Assembly: GCA_026983715.1 (NCBI GenBank)
Contig: JALSTM010000119.1
Coordinates: 1-59,075 of the forward strand
Direction of reading: 5' to 3'
Length of the DNA: 59,075 nucleotides
DNA from: Desulfobacterales bacterium
GTDB lineage: Bacteria; Desulfobacterota; Syntrophobacteria; B119-G9
Part shown: in pieces, positions 1 to 7,761 of the stretch
Layout of the letters: each line of letters begins with the position of its first letter
How positions within the stretch are numbered: the stretch's first letter is position 1
Program-made: the position numbers and the translations under genes
Notes under the pieces: generated by a model
Told to the model about the DNA's origin: nothing
What the model saw: only the letters and a program-made list of their open reading frames with translations
Databases searched by the model: none

Positions 1-250
1 ACCGACTGTCCTCACGATGAATACTACTATTTCCACAATGATCATCTCGGAACCCCTCAGCGAATAACTGATCAATCAGGCGCAGTTGTCTGGAGCGCCA
101 ACTACAAGCCCTTTGGTGAAGTTGACATCACCACCGACACCATCACCAACCCTTTCCGCTTCCCCGGGCAGTACCTTGATCCTGAAACAGGCTTGCACTA
201 CAATTATTTCAGATATTATGATCCTGGGGTTGGAAGGTATTTGAGACCGG
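1..250 (+). repeat. RHS-core-encoding nucleotide repeat, copy 1 of 3
   Basis: Bases 1-250 align base-for-base, with scattered substitutions, to 1309-1540 and 3053-3300. Confidence 0.85.
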
Positions 251-789
251 ATTTCATCGAAGATTCAGTAGGCGCCAATCGTTTTATTTATGTCGATGAA
301 AACCCGGCAAACTGGATGGACTTTTTTGGACTTGCAAGATATTTTGTATTTTGGAACATGAAATCCGCTTCAGCTGTAGTAATTCCTGTTGGTGTCACTA
401 AAATAGAAGGCACAGTAGTCTCTACGAAGCAAAATAGGTATGGTACGTATGATGCTATTGATTTTGAAGGTTTATTTATCGGAGCGGCTTTGGGTCCGTT
501 ACCCCTGGCAGGTACCGTGAATAATCAGGAATACTTTGAGGACCAGTGTAAAGAACCTGACCTCTATGGGATTGAAGGTCTATCAAAGTATCTGGCAGGG
601 ACAATCGCCTTTTTTAAGATGGGTATATCAGGTGGTGGTTACCAATTCGGAAAGTTGCAAGGAATAAAGAAAACACCATCCCCCTCAGAGGGACTAGATC
701 TAGGACTAGATTACATGATTGGTGAAATCAAAACCAAAGGGACTATCTATCAACTAGGACCCGATATTTTTCCAATGGTGAAATATTAA
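1..789 (+). CDS. RHS repeat-associated core domain protein, 3' part (5' end outside window) with a variable C-terminal tip
   Basis: Frame 1 is open from base 1 (TDCPHDEYYYFHNDHLGTPQRITDQSGAVVWSANYKPFGE...FRFPGQYLDPETGLHYNYFRYYDPGVGRYL...NPANWMDFFGL). This is the typical RHS core ending in a DPxGL-like boundary. About 150 aa of Gly-rich unique sequence follows. Confidence 0.8.
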   Translation, partial: TDCPHDEYYYFHNDHLGTPQRITDQSGAVVWSANYKPFGEVDITTDTITNPFRFPGQYLDPETGLHYNYFRYYDPGVGRYLRPDFIEDSVGANRFIYVDENPANWMDFFGLARYFVFWNMKSASAVVIPVGVTKIEGTVVSTKQNRYGTYDAIDFEGLFIGAALGPLPLAGTVNNQEYFEDQCKEPDLYGIEGLSKYLAGTIAFFKMGISGGGYQFGKLQGIKKTPSPSEGLDLGLDYMIGEIKTKGTIYQLGPDIFPMVKY

Positions 790-790
790 G

Positions 791-1024
791 ATGAGAAGAT
801 TCATTATTAATCCTATAAATTCGTACTTATGTTTTGTACTTGCTTTAATCTTTTTCAGAAAAGACGGAATTTCTCTTAGTTCTGCCCTATTATTTTTCGT
901 TAGAAGAAGTGCTCTCAACTTCGATACTAAAATGAGAGATGTTTTCACAACAAAAGGTATCTATTTATTTGTTTTGGGCCTTATTTTAGCTATTGCCTAT
1001 GTATTAGATATTTTGCTTGTATAA
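791..1024 (+). CDS. small hydrophobic protein, possible immunity protein for the upstream RHS tip
   Basis: The ATG sits 1 nt after the RHS stop codon. The 77-aa product has two hydrophobic stretches (YLCFVLALIFF, IYLFVLGLILAIAYVL). The call rests on position only. Confidence 0.4.
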   Translation: MRRFIINPINSYLCFVLALIFFRKDGISLSSALLFFVRRSALNFDTKMRDVFTTKGIYLFVLGLILAIAYVLDILLV

Positions 1025-1077
1025 TATATTTTAAAAAAATTGAAAAGGACCAAAAAGAAACCATTGCTTCCAAAATC

Positions 1078-1755
1078 GTGAGAGATTACATATACATTGG
1101 TCGTTCTCGAATAGCGATGGTTTTATCAAAAAAGTGCCTTGCAGATATTGACCATGATAACGATGTGGACGGAAATGATCTCGCAACCTTAGCTTCAGAT
1201 TTTAACCGGAGCGATTGTTCAAGCGCATCCCCGTGCCCGGGAGACATAAACGGAGATGGAGTGGTAGATTTAGATGATCTCGGCATCCTTGCATGCGATT
1301 TTGGAAAGACCGACTGTCCTCATGATGAATACTACTATTTCTACAATGATCATCTCGGAACTCCTCAGAAAATCACCGATCAATCAGGCACTATCGTCTG
1401 GTCAGCAAATTATAGGCCCTTTGGTGAAGCAAGTATCACCACAGACACCATCACCAACCCCTTCCGCTTCCCCAGACAGTACCTTGATCCGGAAACAGGC
1501 CTACACTACAACTACTTTAGGTATTATGATCCCAAAATAAGCAGATTTAACACTCCAGATCCTTCAAACACGAATACTGAACTCAAGCCATACCTCTTCG
1601 TTATGAATAACGCTCTAAGGTGGCGAGATCGATTAGTGTTGGATGATGATTCAACATATAAATATATGAAGGATTTAGCATATCATTGGTTTGGTCTCTT
1701 TCTACTGGCATCAGGACCTATGAGTGTTGCGACAAACATAGAAGACACCACATAA
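1078..1755 (+). CDS. orphan RHS cassette 2: dockerin/EF-hand-like DxDGD repeats, RHS core and a short tip
   Basis: The sequence reads DVDGNDLATLASDF...DINGDGVVDLDDLGILACDF, then YYYFYNDHLGTPQKITDQSGTIVWSANYRPFGE...LHYNYFRYYDPKISRF. There is no YD-repeat shell upstream. The start is uncertain (GTG 1078 or ATG 1117). Confidence 0.65.
   Translation: MRDYIYIGRSRIAMVLSKKCLADIDHDNDVDGNDLATLASDFNRSDCSSASPCPGDINGDGVVDLDDLGILACDFGKTDCPHDEYYYFYNDHLGTPQKITDQSGTIVWSANYRPFGEASITTDTITNPFRFPRQYLDPETGLHYNYFRYYDPKISRFNTPDPSNTNTELKPYLFVMNNALRWRDRLVLDDDSTYKYMKDLAYHWFGLFLLASGPMSVATNIEDTT
1162..1540 (+). repeat. dockerin-like plus RHS-core nucleotide repeat, copy 2
   Basis: It aligns to 2905-3300 over about 380 bp. 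Its 3' part also aligns to 1-250. Confidence 0.85.
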
Positions 1756-2054
1756 TGAGCATTAGTTATCTTTGTTATGGTATGGAATTTGGTCTGAGTG
1801 TTAAAACTGGAGGGCGTTCGGCCATTAGCGATAAGAGAAAAATTGGTAAATGCCCCAAATTAGATTGTACAAGGTCATGGTATTCAAGTCATGGCTCTGC
1901 TGTCTACGGAGCCTTACCTTTCTATGGGAGATCGTACGACATACGCGAGGGGCAGGGTGGAACAATATTTGGATTTGGTGGTGGTTATAGGTTTTGGATG
2001 GAATGCCATAATCATCTTATCCAAGATGTTGTTTATGGATGCTGTGGAGATTAA
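1755..2054 (+). CDS. Gly-rich 99-aa ORF, probably the detached C-terminal part of the cassette-2 toxin tip
   Basis: Its ATG overlaps the stop of 1078..1755 (TAATG). YLCYGMEFGLSVKTGG...GFGGGYRFW...VYGCCGD resembles the cassette-3 tip YLVIGYGLTVGLKAQ...FSFEGQLYIPW...VESCCEE. Confidence 0.35.
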   Translation: MSISYLCYGMEFGLSVKTGGRSAISDKRKIGKCPKLDCTRSWYSSHGSAVYGALPFYGRSYDIREGQGGTIFGFGGGYRFWMECHNHLIQDVVYGCCGD

Positions 2055-2055
2055 T

Positions 2056-2322
2056 ATGACAATAATCGAGACAATCAGCTCTCTTTCAACAGTTTTATAT
2101 GGCATTACCTTTTTGTTTATTGTTAATGAAGTAAAAAAAATGGACTCAGATTTTGTTAAAAACGCAATAAAAAACCCTCTTTGGCCACGTACAAAACTAG
2201 GTACTATTTTCACCTTTTATGAAATTTACTACAAGTCCAAAGGATTTAATTTGATACTGGCGCTAAATCTCTTATCTTTTTGTATGGCTGTTATCGGACT
2301 AGTACTGACAATTCTTACTTGA
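2056..2322 (+). CDS. small membrane protein, possible immunity protein
   Basis: The ATG lies 1 nt after the preceding stop. The 88-aa product has hydrophobic N- and C-terminal helices (ISSLSTVLYGITFLFIV; LILALNLLSFCMAVIGLVLTIL). Confidence 0.4.
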   Translation: MTIIETISSLSTVLYGITFLFIVNEVKKMDSDFVKNAIKNPLWPRTKLGTIFTFYEIYYKSKGFNLILALNLLSFCMAVIGLVLTILT

Positions 2323-2507
2323 CAGCAATAGGGGAGGAATCATTGTGAACCCCAAAAATGAGACAACTTGTTAAGGAGAGAAAAAGCGAAGAAAGGGGTT
2401 CCTTAAAGTATACCGCTTGAGGAGCTCTTAAGGGGTTTTGTTTTCATTGTTACGGGTGGCGAAGTGTCCGAGAAAGGGGTCGTCACATGGGATGGGGGGC
2501 GCTCTCG

Positions 2508-2598
2508 CTTCGTTCGCTGGTCTCGAGCCATTTAGGACTCTGAGCGGCCGCGCTCCTTCGGCCGGAAACTTGTTACGACAAGCCTGATGGTTCGGGTT
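2508..2598 (+). repeat. inverted-repeat arm A (partner at 4646-4740)
   Basis: cttcgttcgctggtctcgagccatttaggactctgagcggccgcgctccttcggccggaaacttgttacga matches the reverse complement of 4646-4740. The core ctctgagcggccgc is identical. Confidence 0.7.
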
Positions 2599-2674
2599 TT
2601 TGGAATCGTTCCTGATTAGGAGATTTAGGGGAGCTTAGTGTTAAAGAGGTAACCCCAAAGATCCAAAAGAAAAC

Positions 2675-3820
2675 ATGATCAAGGAGGTGATAGCAGATAA
2701 AGGTAAAGAAAGAATTCGAGAAAAGACAATCGGTACAAGAGATTATTCCCAACAAGTTCATTGGTCAGAGCGATTAAGTGGTGAAACCCTGCTCACCATG
2801 GCATCGAAAATGTTTGGGAGATTAACTAGAACTTTAACCAATGCTCAAGGTGGGCAAAATTATATTATCACAGGTGGTCAATTTTCGGTTGTCATTACCA
2901 ATAGTGATGTAGACGGAAATGATCTCGCAACCTTAGCTTCCGACTTTGACCGGAGCGATTGTTCACCCGCATCCCCGTGTGCAGAAGACATAAACGGAGA
3001 TGGAGTGGTAGATTTAGATGATCTCGGCATCCTCGCTACAGAACTTGGAAGAACCGAATGTCCTCACGATGAATACTACTATTTCCACAATGATCATCTC
3101 GGAACCCCTCAGCTAATAACTGATCAATCAGGCACCGTTGTTTGGAGCGCCAACTACAAGCCCTTTGGGCAGGCTGACATCACCATCGACACCATCACCA
3201 ACCCTTTCTGCTTCCCCGGACAGTACCTTGATCCGGAAACAGGCCTGCACTACAATTACTTCAGGTATTATGATCCTGGAATTGGGAGGTATTTGAGGGG
3301 GGATCCACTCGGGATTTCATCGAAAACCACTTCATACTATTATGTTTCTAATAGTGCATTATCAAGTTACGACATCTTTGGTGAGCGGGAATGGACCGTT
3401 TACAGACGAGGTATTTCTATCAGCAGTGTGGTGATTGGAGGATCTGGTCAGTTGGTCAAATTTGTCAGCAACTGCGAAAGCAGTACAAGGATTACCAAAA
3501 CATATCTAGTTATCGGGTACGGCCTGACTGTAGGTTTGAAGGCGCAAATTCGGCTCAACAATAAAGGTTACTATGGCAAGACTCGCGTTTTTGGTAATGA
3601 ACCGAGTCCCTTCTACACAGGAATTGCAATATCCGGCCCATCAGGGGGGTTAGGATTCATTGGTGGTACAGTTGCCTCTGCATCCCTTGATTTTACTTCT
3701 TATGCAGAAGTATACGCAGTCTCCAAAGGGAAAATTCTTGGTTTCAGTATATTTAGCTTTGAAGGACAGCTTTATATCCCCTGGGGCCTTCGGAGGGTTG
3801 AGAGCTGTTGTGAAGAGTAG
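2675..3820 (+). CDS. orphan RHS cassette 3: dockerin-like repeats, RHS core and a Gly-rich C-terminal tip
   Basis: The sequence reads DVDGNDLATLASDF...DINGDGVVDLDDLGILATELG, then YYYFHNDHLGTPQLITDQSGTVVWSANYKPFGQ...LHYNYFRYYDPGIGRYLRGDPLG, then a unique tip of about 170 aa. The true start is uncertain. Confidence 0.7.
   Translation: MIKEVIADKGKERIREKTIGTRDYSQQVHWSERLSGETLLTMASKMFGRLTRTLTNAQGGQNYIITGGQFSVVITNSDVDGNDLATLASDFDRSDCSPASPCAEDINGDGVVDLDDLGILATELGRTECPHDEYYYFHNDHLGTPQLITDQSGTVVWSANYKPFGQADITIDTITNPFCFPGQYLDPETGLHYNYFRYYDPGIGRYLRGDPLGISSKTTSYYYVSNSALSSYDIFGEREWTVYRRGISISSVVIGGSGQLVKFVSNCESSTRITKTYLVIGYGLTVGLKAQIRLNNKGYYGKTRVFGNEPSPFYTGIAISGPSGGLGFIGGTVASASLDFTSYAEVYAVSKGKILGFSIFSFEGQLYIPWGLRRVESCCEE
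2905..3300 (+). repeat. dockerin-like plus RHS-core nucleotide repeat, copy 3
   Basis: It aligns to 1162-1540 and, for the core part, to 1-250. Confidence 0.85.
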
Positions 3821-4232
3821 CATAAGTACTATGGAATGGCTCTTGGTTTTTTTCGGTTTCGCATCTTTTTTCCTTTTTTTTTGGAAGCATATTGAGAAAT
3901 ATTTTGAGACAGAAGAGTCTGGTGGGGTGGCTATTTCCTGATGGTACGACGAAAAGTGAGCGCATCTTCATGATTCTAACCCTGCTAGTAGCATTAATTT
4001 CTTTTATCGTGCTAGCTATCATAAAAGGATAGTCAATGGAAGAATCTGCTGTCTTCACAATCGAGTCCACCTTAATCTGCTGGCATCGGTGCTGGCATTT
4101 ACGGAATATCCACATCTTGGGCGTTCTGTTCTGATACTGTAATATCCAAGAAGAAAATAGGTTGTTGTAATAATTAGATAATATATAAGGAATGATACTA
4201 GTAATAAGAACTTCTTTTCGATAGGCAACTTT

Positions 4233-4484
4233 ATGATTAGAAAGGTAAAAATTACTATAGCTTGTTGGGCAACAGTAGTAGCTACCGCAATAGTTATTAG
4301 CCTTATCTTTGTTCTCTTTGGAATGAAAGATAAAATTGAATTGTTTTTTTATTTACATTTCTCTGTTGGAGCCATAGTTATTTTTTTCTTTTTTGGCCTT
4401 TCTATTCAAAAAGAATCAAATGAACTATCCGATCTAAATGGTGCCAGGCTTGACAATTGGATATTCCAAGTCAATGAACAGTAA
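4233..4484 (+). CDS. small membrane protein (83 aa), possible immunity protein for cassette 3
   Basis: It has two long hydrophobic helices (IACWATVVATAIVISLIFVLFG; LHFSVGAIVIFFFFGLSI). The call rests on position only. Confidence 0.45.
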   Translation: MIRKVKITIACWATVVATAIVISLIFVLFGMKDKIELFFYLHFSVGAIVIFFFFGLSIQKESNELSDLNGARLDNWIFQVNEQ

Positions 4485-4645
4485 GGAGGATTCTATTGTC
4501 AAGACAGTTTTTTGGTGAAAATTAAGGTATACCAAGAATGTAAATTTCCATTGGTCTTTTATGGGATGTATTGACACTCAAAATTTCCCTAACTTCCTGA
4601 TTAAAGGCATGTTTAAAAGCTTGTTGTAGAGCCATACCGGCGCCT

Positions 4646-4740
4646 CTTTGAACCCAGTCTTGAAGCTTCTCGTAAGAAGTGTCCGGCCAAAGGACTGCGG
4701 CCGCTCAGAGCCCTTAATAGATCAAGACCTGCGATCGAAG
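4646..4740 (-). repeat. inverted-repeat arm B (partner at 2508-2598)
   Basis: The reverse complement reads cttcgatcgcaggtcttgatctattaagggctctgagcggccgcagtcctttggccggacacttcttacga. Confidence 0.7.
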
Positions 4741-5096
4741 AAGGAGCCAGAAGCCAGCATAGGACATGTGGATACCGCATCGAAGCCTACCCCTTATCTA
4801 GTCAGGGGGCGGCATGACTTGCAAGTGATCCTCGGGGTATTTCCGTAATTAATCAGGGGTTCCTTTAATCTAATTTCAAAAGAATTCTAGGAAGTGTGAT
4901 GTTCTACATGAATTTGATCAGATTTTTTCTCCACGTCTTTATAACTTTAGGGATTTTTCACCTGCCTAAAATCAACTGAAAGGAATCCGTGCAGAAGTAT
5001 TTTTGCCAAAAATCCTGGCTTTGCACCCCGCGCCTTCTTGAACCAACGATTAGTACCGAGCCATCATTCTTTGACTTGGGACTAATCCTTTATTTA

Positions 5097-5477
5097 TTAT
5101 GGATTGATTTTCATGTCAGTTAGAATTGCCCTTATTACCTTTTTCAATTCAGGAATGTGTGTCCTGCAGACCTCAAAAATAGCTTCAGCATCAATATCAA
5201 AATAATGGTGCGTTATTATGTCGCGCATTCCTTTGATACCTTTCCAATCCACAGATCCGTATTTGGACAAGAATGATTTGCCCGCAATTTTGTCTATGTT
5301 TTTGACGCTCTCCCCGATAGCTATGAGTTGCATACATATAGAATCCAGCTTTTCCATACCTCCCGGGCTACCTGTAAAGTCACTGGCGGATTTGATTACT
5401 GACGACCGGTACAGAATCTTATCTATTGCGTTGTCTATCTGATGCAAAATATCAATGACCAATTCTCGGTCATACAT
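5097..5477 (-). CDS. hepT: HepT-type (DUF86) nucleotidyltransferase-associated toxin
   Basis: It carries the Rx4HxY motif (MRDIITHHYF). The 126-aa ORF overlaps the upstream MNT gene by 8 nt. Confidence 0.85.
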   Translation of the reverse strand: MYDRELVIDILHQIDNAIDKILYRSSVIKSASDFTGSPGGMEKLDSICMQLIAIGESVKNIDKIAGKSFLSKYGSVDWKGIKGMRDIITHHYFDIDAEAIFEVCRTHIPELKKVIRAILTDMKINP

Positions 5478-5760
5478 ACAATGCCTCTTTTTCTATGCGT
5501 TTTTTCAGATATGGATTCATTTCTTTACGGTTTCTTACGATATCAACCTGGACTCCGAGTAACTCCTCCAAATCTTCTTTAATATGCACCATCTTAAATA
5601 GATCAGGATTTTGTAATTCAATCACGATGTCAATATCGCTTTTTTGTGTAGGACTACCCTTTACATATGATCCAAATATGCCAATCCGACTTATTCCATA
5701 TCTATTTGCAAATTGAGCTTTATAACTTCTTAATGTTTCAAGAATTTCCGAAACCTTCAT
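5470..5760 (-). CDS. mntA: MNT-type nucleotidyltransferase antitoxin
   Basis: It carries the GSx(n)SDxDxxV motif (IGIFGSYVKGSPTQKSDIDIVIE). The product is 96 aa. Confidence 0.85.
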   Translation of the reverse strand: MKVSEILETLRSYKAQFANRYGISRIGIFGSYVKGSPTQKSDIDIVIELQNPDLFKMVHIKEDLEELLGVQVDIVRNRKEMNPYLKKRIEKEALYV

Positions 5761-5797
5761 TTTTATTTTTGTTCCTTGTGGTTACGCATAGCAAGTT

Positions 5798-5826
5798 ATT
5801 ATATGGTTCCTAGATATCTACCATGC
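5798..5826 (-). promoter_or_regulatory. putative promoter/operator of the MNT-HepT operon
   Basis: A minus-strand TATAAT at 5798-5803 lies 38 nt upstream of the MNT start. A perfect 10-bp palindrome TAGATATCTA sits at 5811-5820. Both are conserved in copy B (56350-56372). Confidence 0.35.
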
Positions 5827-5958
5827 ACAAGATAGATTGACAAGTATAGCGCAAGAATTCGTCTGTAGAAAGTTGCTTACCCTTTCTTCTGTGTCCTTTC
5901 CTTGTGGCATCCTTCCTTCACACCGTGAAGTTCCATTAGTTTGCCTCATGTCATGGGG

Positions 5959-6165
5959 TCAAGCCTTCTCTTGACCTATGATGAGGTCGTGTTTTATTTG
6001 TTCAATTCGTTTCTTTATGATGCGATCTTTGATTGTCCATTGCTTTGTATGGAGCCAACCCCATTTCTCCGATCGGCTAAGATAGTCTTTTTGGCTGCTC
6101 CACTCACAGGATTTCAAGCGATCACCCTTCCCCGGTCTAAGACGATTTCTGTGGATATCACCCCA
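5959..6165 (-). pseudogene. C-terminal remnant of an IS200/RAYT-like (COG1943-type) transposase
   Basis: The minus-strand translation is WGDIHRNRLRPGKGDRLKSCEWSSQKDYLSRSEKWGWLHTKQWTIKDRIIKKRIEQIKHDL. It resembles the 'YIHxNPxRAGxVxxxxDYxWSS' tail of these transposases. A stop codon precedes it and there is no N-terminal catalytic part. Confidence 0.35.
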
Positions 6166-6614
6166 TTATGACCCCACTAGGATCTCCAGGTATGAGTCAA
6201 CGACAGACTTGACCCCATTATGGGCGTTTTAAAGCCAGGATCTTGCCTTGTTCGTTAGGTTCGACACGATGTCGCATTTATATATGTGATTATAGTAGGT
6301 AACACTACTGGGAATCACAGGCGTATCCCCGCCGGTACCCTAGGGGAGTTGTGCTGACGAAGTGATAGGATTGAAACAACTCAAAGGGCTGCCTGTTCAG
6401 AAAGTATTGGATAGCATCAGGCCAAAGACATGTCTTTGCTGTTGTTGCCAAAACTGCTCAAGGCGTGATAAAAGTCTATCAGGTCGCGAGAATAAGTGCC
6501 GCAGGAATCAAAAAATTTGATAAAATGGAAGCGGCAGCGGGTTTTTACCTCCCGGAATTTGCTAGATACTTCTGGGAGTGCAGGAATAACATGGGTAATA
6601 AAAAGGGAGAGATT

Positions 6615-6827
6615 ATGATTCTGAAACTAAAGGGAATGACCAATGAGGAAAAACTCAAGGCAATGGAAGCATTATGGGATGATATTTGCCGGAGTGCTCC
6701 GGATTTCTCTTCACCTGCTTGGCATGAGAATATCCTTAATCAGAGGGAACAGAACGTAAGCACAGGTGAGGACAGGTTTGTCGACTGGAATAAGGCCAAG
6801 AAAGATATACTGGATTCTATTTCATGA
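6615..6827 (+). CDS. putative addiction-module antitoxin (Unstab_antitox / TIGR02574-like)
   Basis: MTNEEKLKAMEALWDDICRSAPDFSSPAWHENILNQREQNVSTGEDRFVDWNKAKKDI fits the pattern of this family. An AAGGGAGAG RBS precedes the ATG at 6615. Confidence 0.6.
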   Translation: MILKLKGMTNEEKLKAMEALWDDICRSAPDFSSPAWHENILNQREQNVSTGEDRFVDWNKAKKDILDSIS

Positions 6828-7293
6828 GTTTTCCAAATTTCAGATGGGCATTTATTTATATGTTGTAAACTTAGATAGTTACGGCCTTTATAATGTAGTT
6901 CTAGGAATATCTCATATCTCATGGGGTCAAGTCTGCTCTTGACTCATGAGGTCGTGTTTTATTTGTTCAATCCGTTTTTTAAGATTTCGATCTTTGATTG
7001 TCCTTTGCTCTGTTCTTTCAATTATCGTGCTGACAGCTTTTTTGGTGGGCACAGCCCACCCTCCAGGGAGATTACCTTGAATCTGAAGTAAGGCAGTCAA
7101 GGCCACAAAACATTGTAGGGTGGGCTTTGCCCACCTAGTGGTGCCGTTGAGAACTATGAGAAGGGCAAGTTCAGGATGTTTCCCATATACGAAGAGATTC
7201 AAAAGGACGGGGTGGCTGCGCGATGAATGAGGTGTCTGGGCAATCCGATACCAAGGAGAATATTTTAGTAAGACACTGAATAGAAAAAGCTAA

Positions 7294-7503
7294 GGTGGCT
7301 ATAGAATCCGCCTTTCCCGCATTGAAAAATTAAGCAATGAGCCTGAACTTCAAGGGAAACGTTTATCTAGAGACCTAAAAAAATATCGGAGCATACGCTC
7401 CATGAGACATCGAACCGTCTACAAACTAGATAAAGATCAGGCAAAGATAAAAACGATGTCTATGAAATCCTTAATCGCCAATCAAGGTCGTAAGCTTCAC
7501 TAA
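7294..7503 (+). pseudogene. decayed RelE/ParE-like toxin fragment
   Basis: Translation gives ...IEKLSNEPELQGKRLSRDLKKYRSIRSMRHRTVYKLDKDQAKI... An adjacent frame gives IEKAKVAIESAFPALKN*. This is RelE/ParE-like ('ENP..G..L.g.l.gyrsiRvg.yRivY.id') but frameshifted and truncated. Confidence 0.35.
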
Positions 7504-7660
7504 GGTCTGAGCTCTACTAACTCTCCGCAAACTCGTCTATTGCTGTCCCACGTGATGCGCCCAGGAAATAACGTACGAATTAAAAAAAGGGAATTCAAGA
7601 AGCGGTAAACCTATTTATTGCAATGGTCAAGGATGCGGACACATTGAATAAAATTTTTAA

Positions 7661-7746
7661 TGGTGCCGAAGGCCGGACTCGAACCGGCACGGGTCTCCCC
7701 ACCACCCCCTCAAGATGGCGTGTCTACCAGATTCCACCACTTCGGC
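7661..7746 (-). tRNA. tRNA-Leu (anticodon GAG), CCA encoded
   Basis: The reverse complement is GCCGAAGTGGTGGAATCTGGTAGACACGCCATCTTGAGGGGGTGG...GCCGGTTCGAGTCCGGCCTTCGGCACCA. It has a 7-bp acceptor stem, the anticodon loop TTGAGGG, a long variable arm and a TTCGAGT T-loop. Confidence 0.9.
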
Positions 7747-7761
7747 ACTCAATCAACTTGA

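Larger units (their letters stand above)
4775..6212. repeat. about 1.4 kb duplicated block, copy A (copy B at 55338-56768): conserved flanks around a TA cassette
   Basis: The left flank 4775-5092 and right flank about 5790-6212 are near-identical to 55338-55657 and about 56343-56768. The MNT/HepT coding DNA between the flanks is not alignable. Confidence 0.85.

Noticed and set aside
6368-6377. GGATTGAAAC, which resembles the conserved 3' end of many CRISPR repeats
   Set aside because: It is a single occurrence with no neighbouring repeat copies, so it cannot be called a degenerate array.
6927-7202. 91-aa minus-strand ORF
   Set aside because: It is stitched together from repeat sequences. 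These are the transposase-remnant repeat at its 3' end and the GGTGGGC..GCCCACC palindromes, which translate as WAKPT/GWAVPT. It is very unlikely to be a gene.
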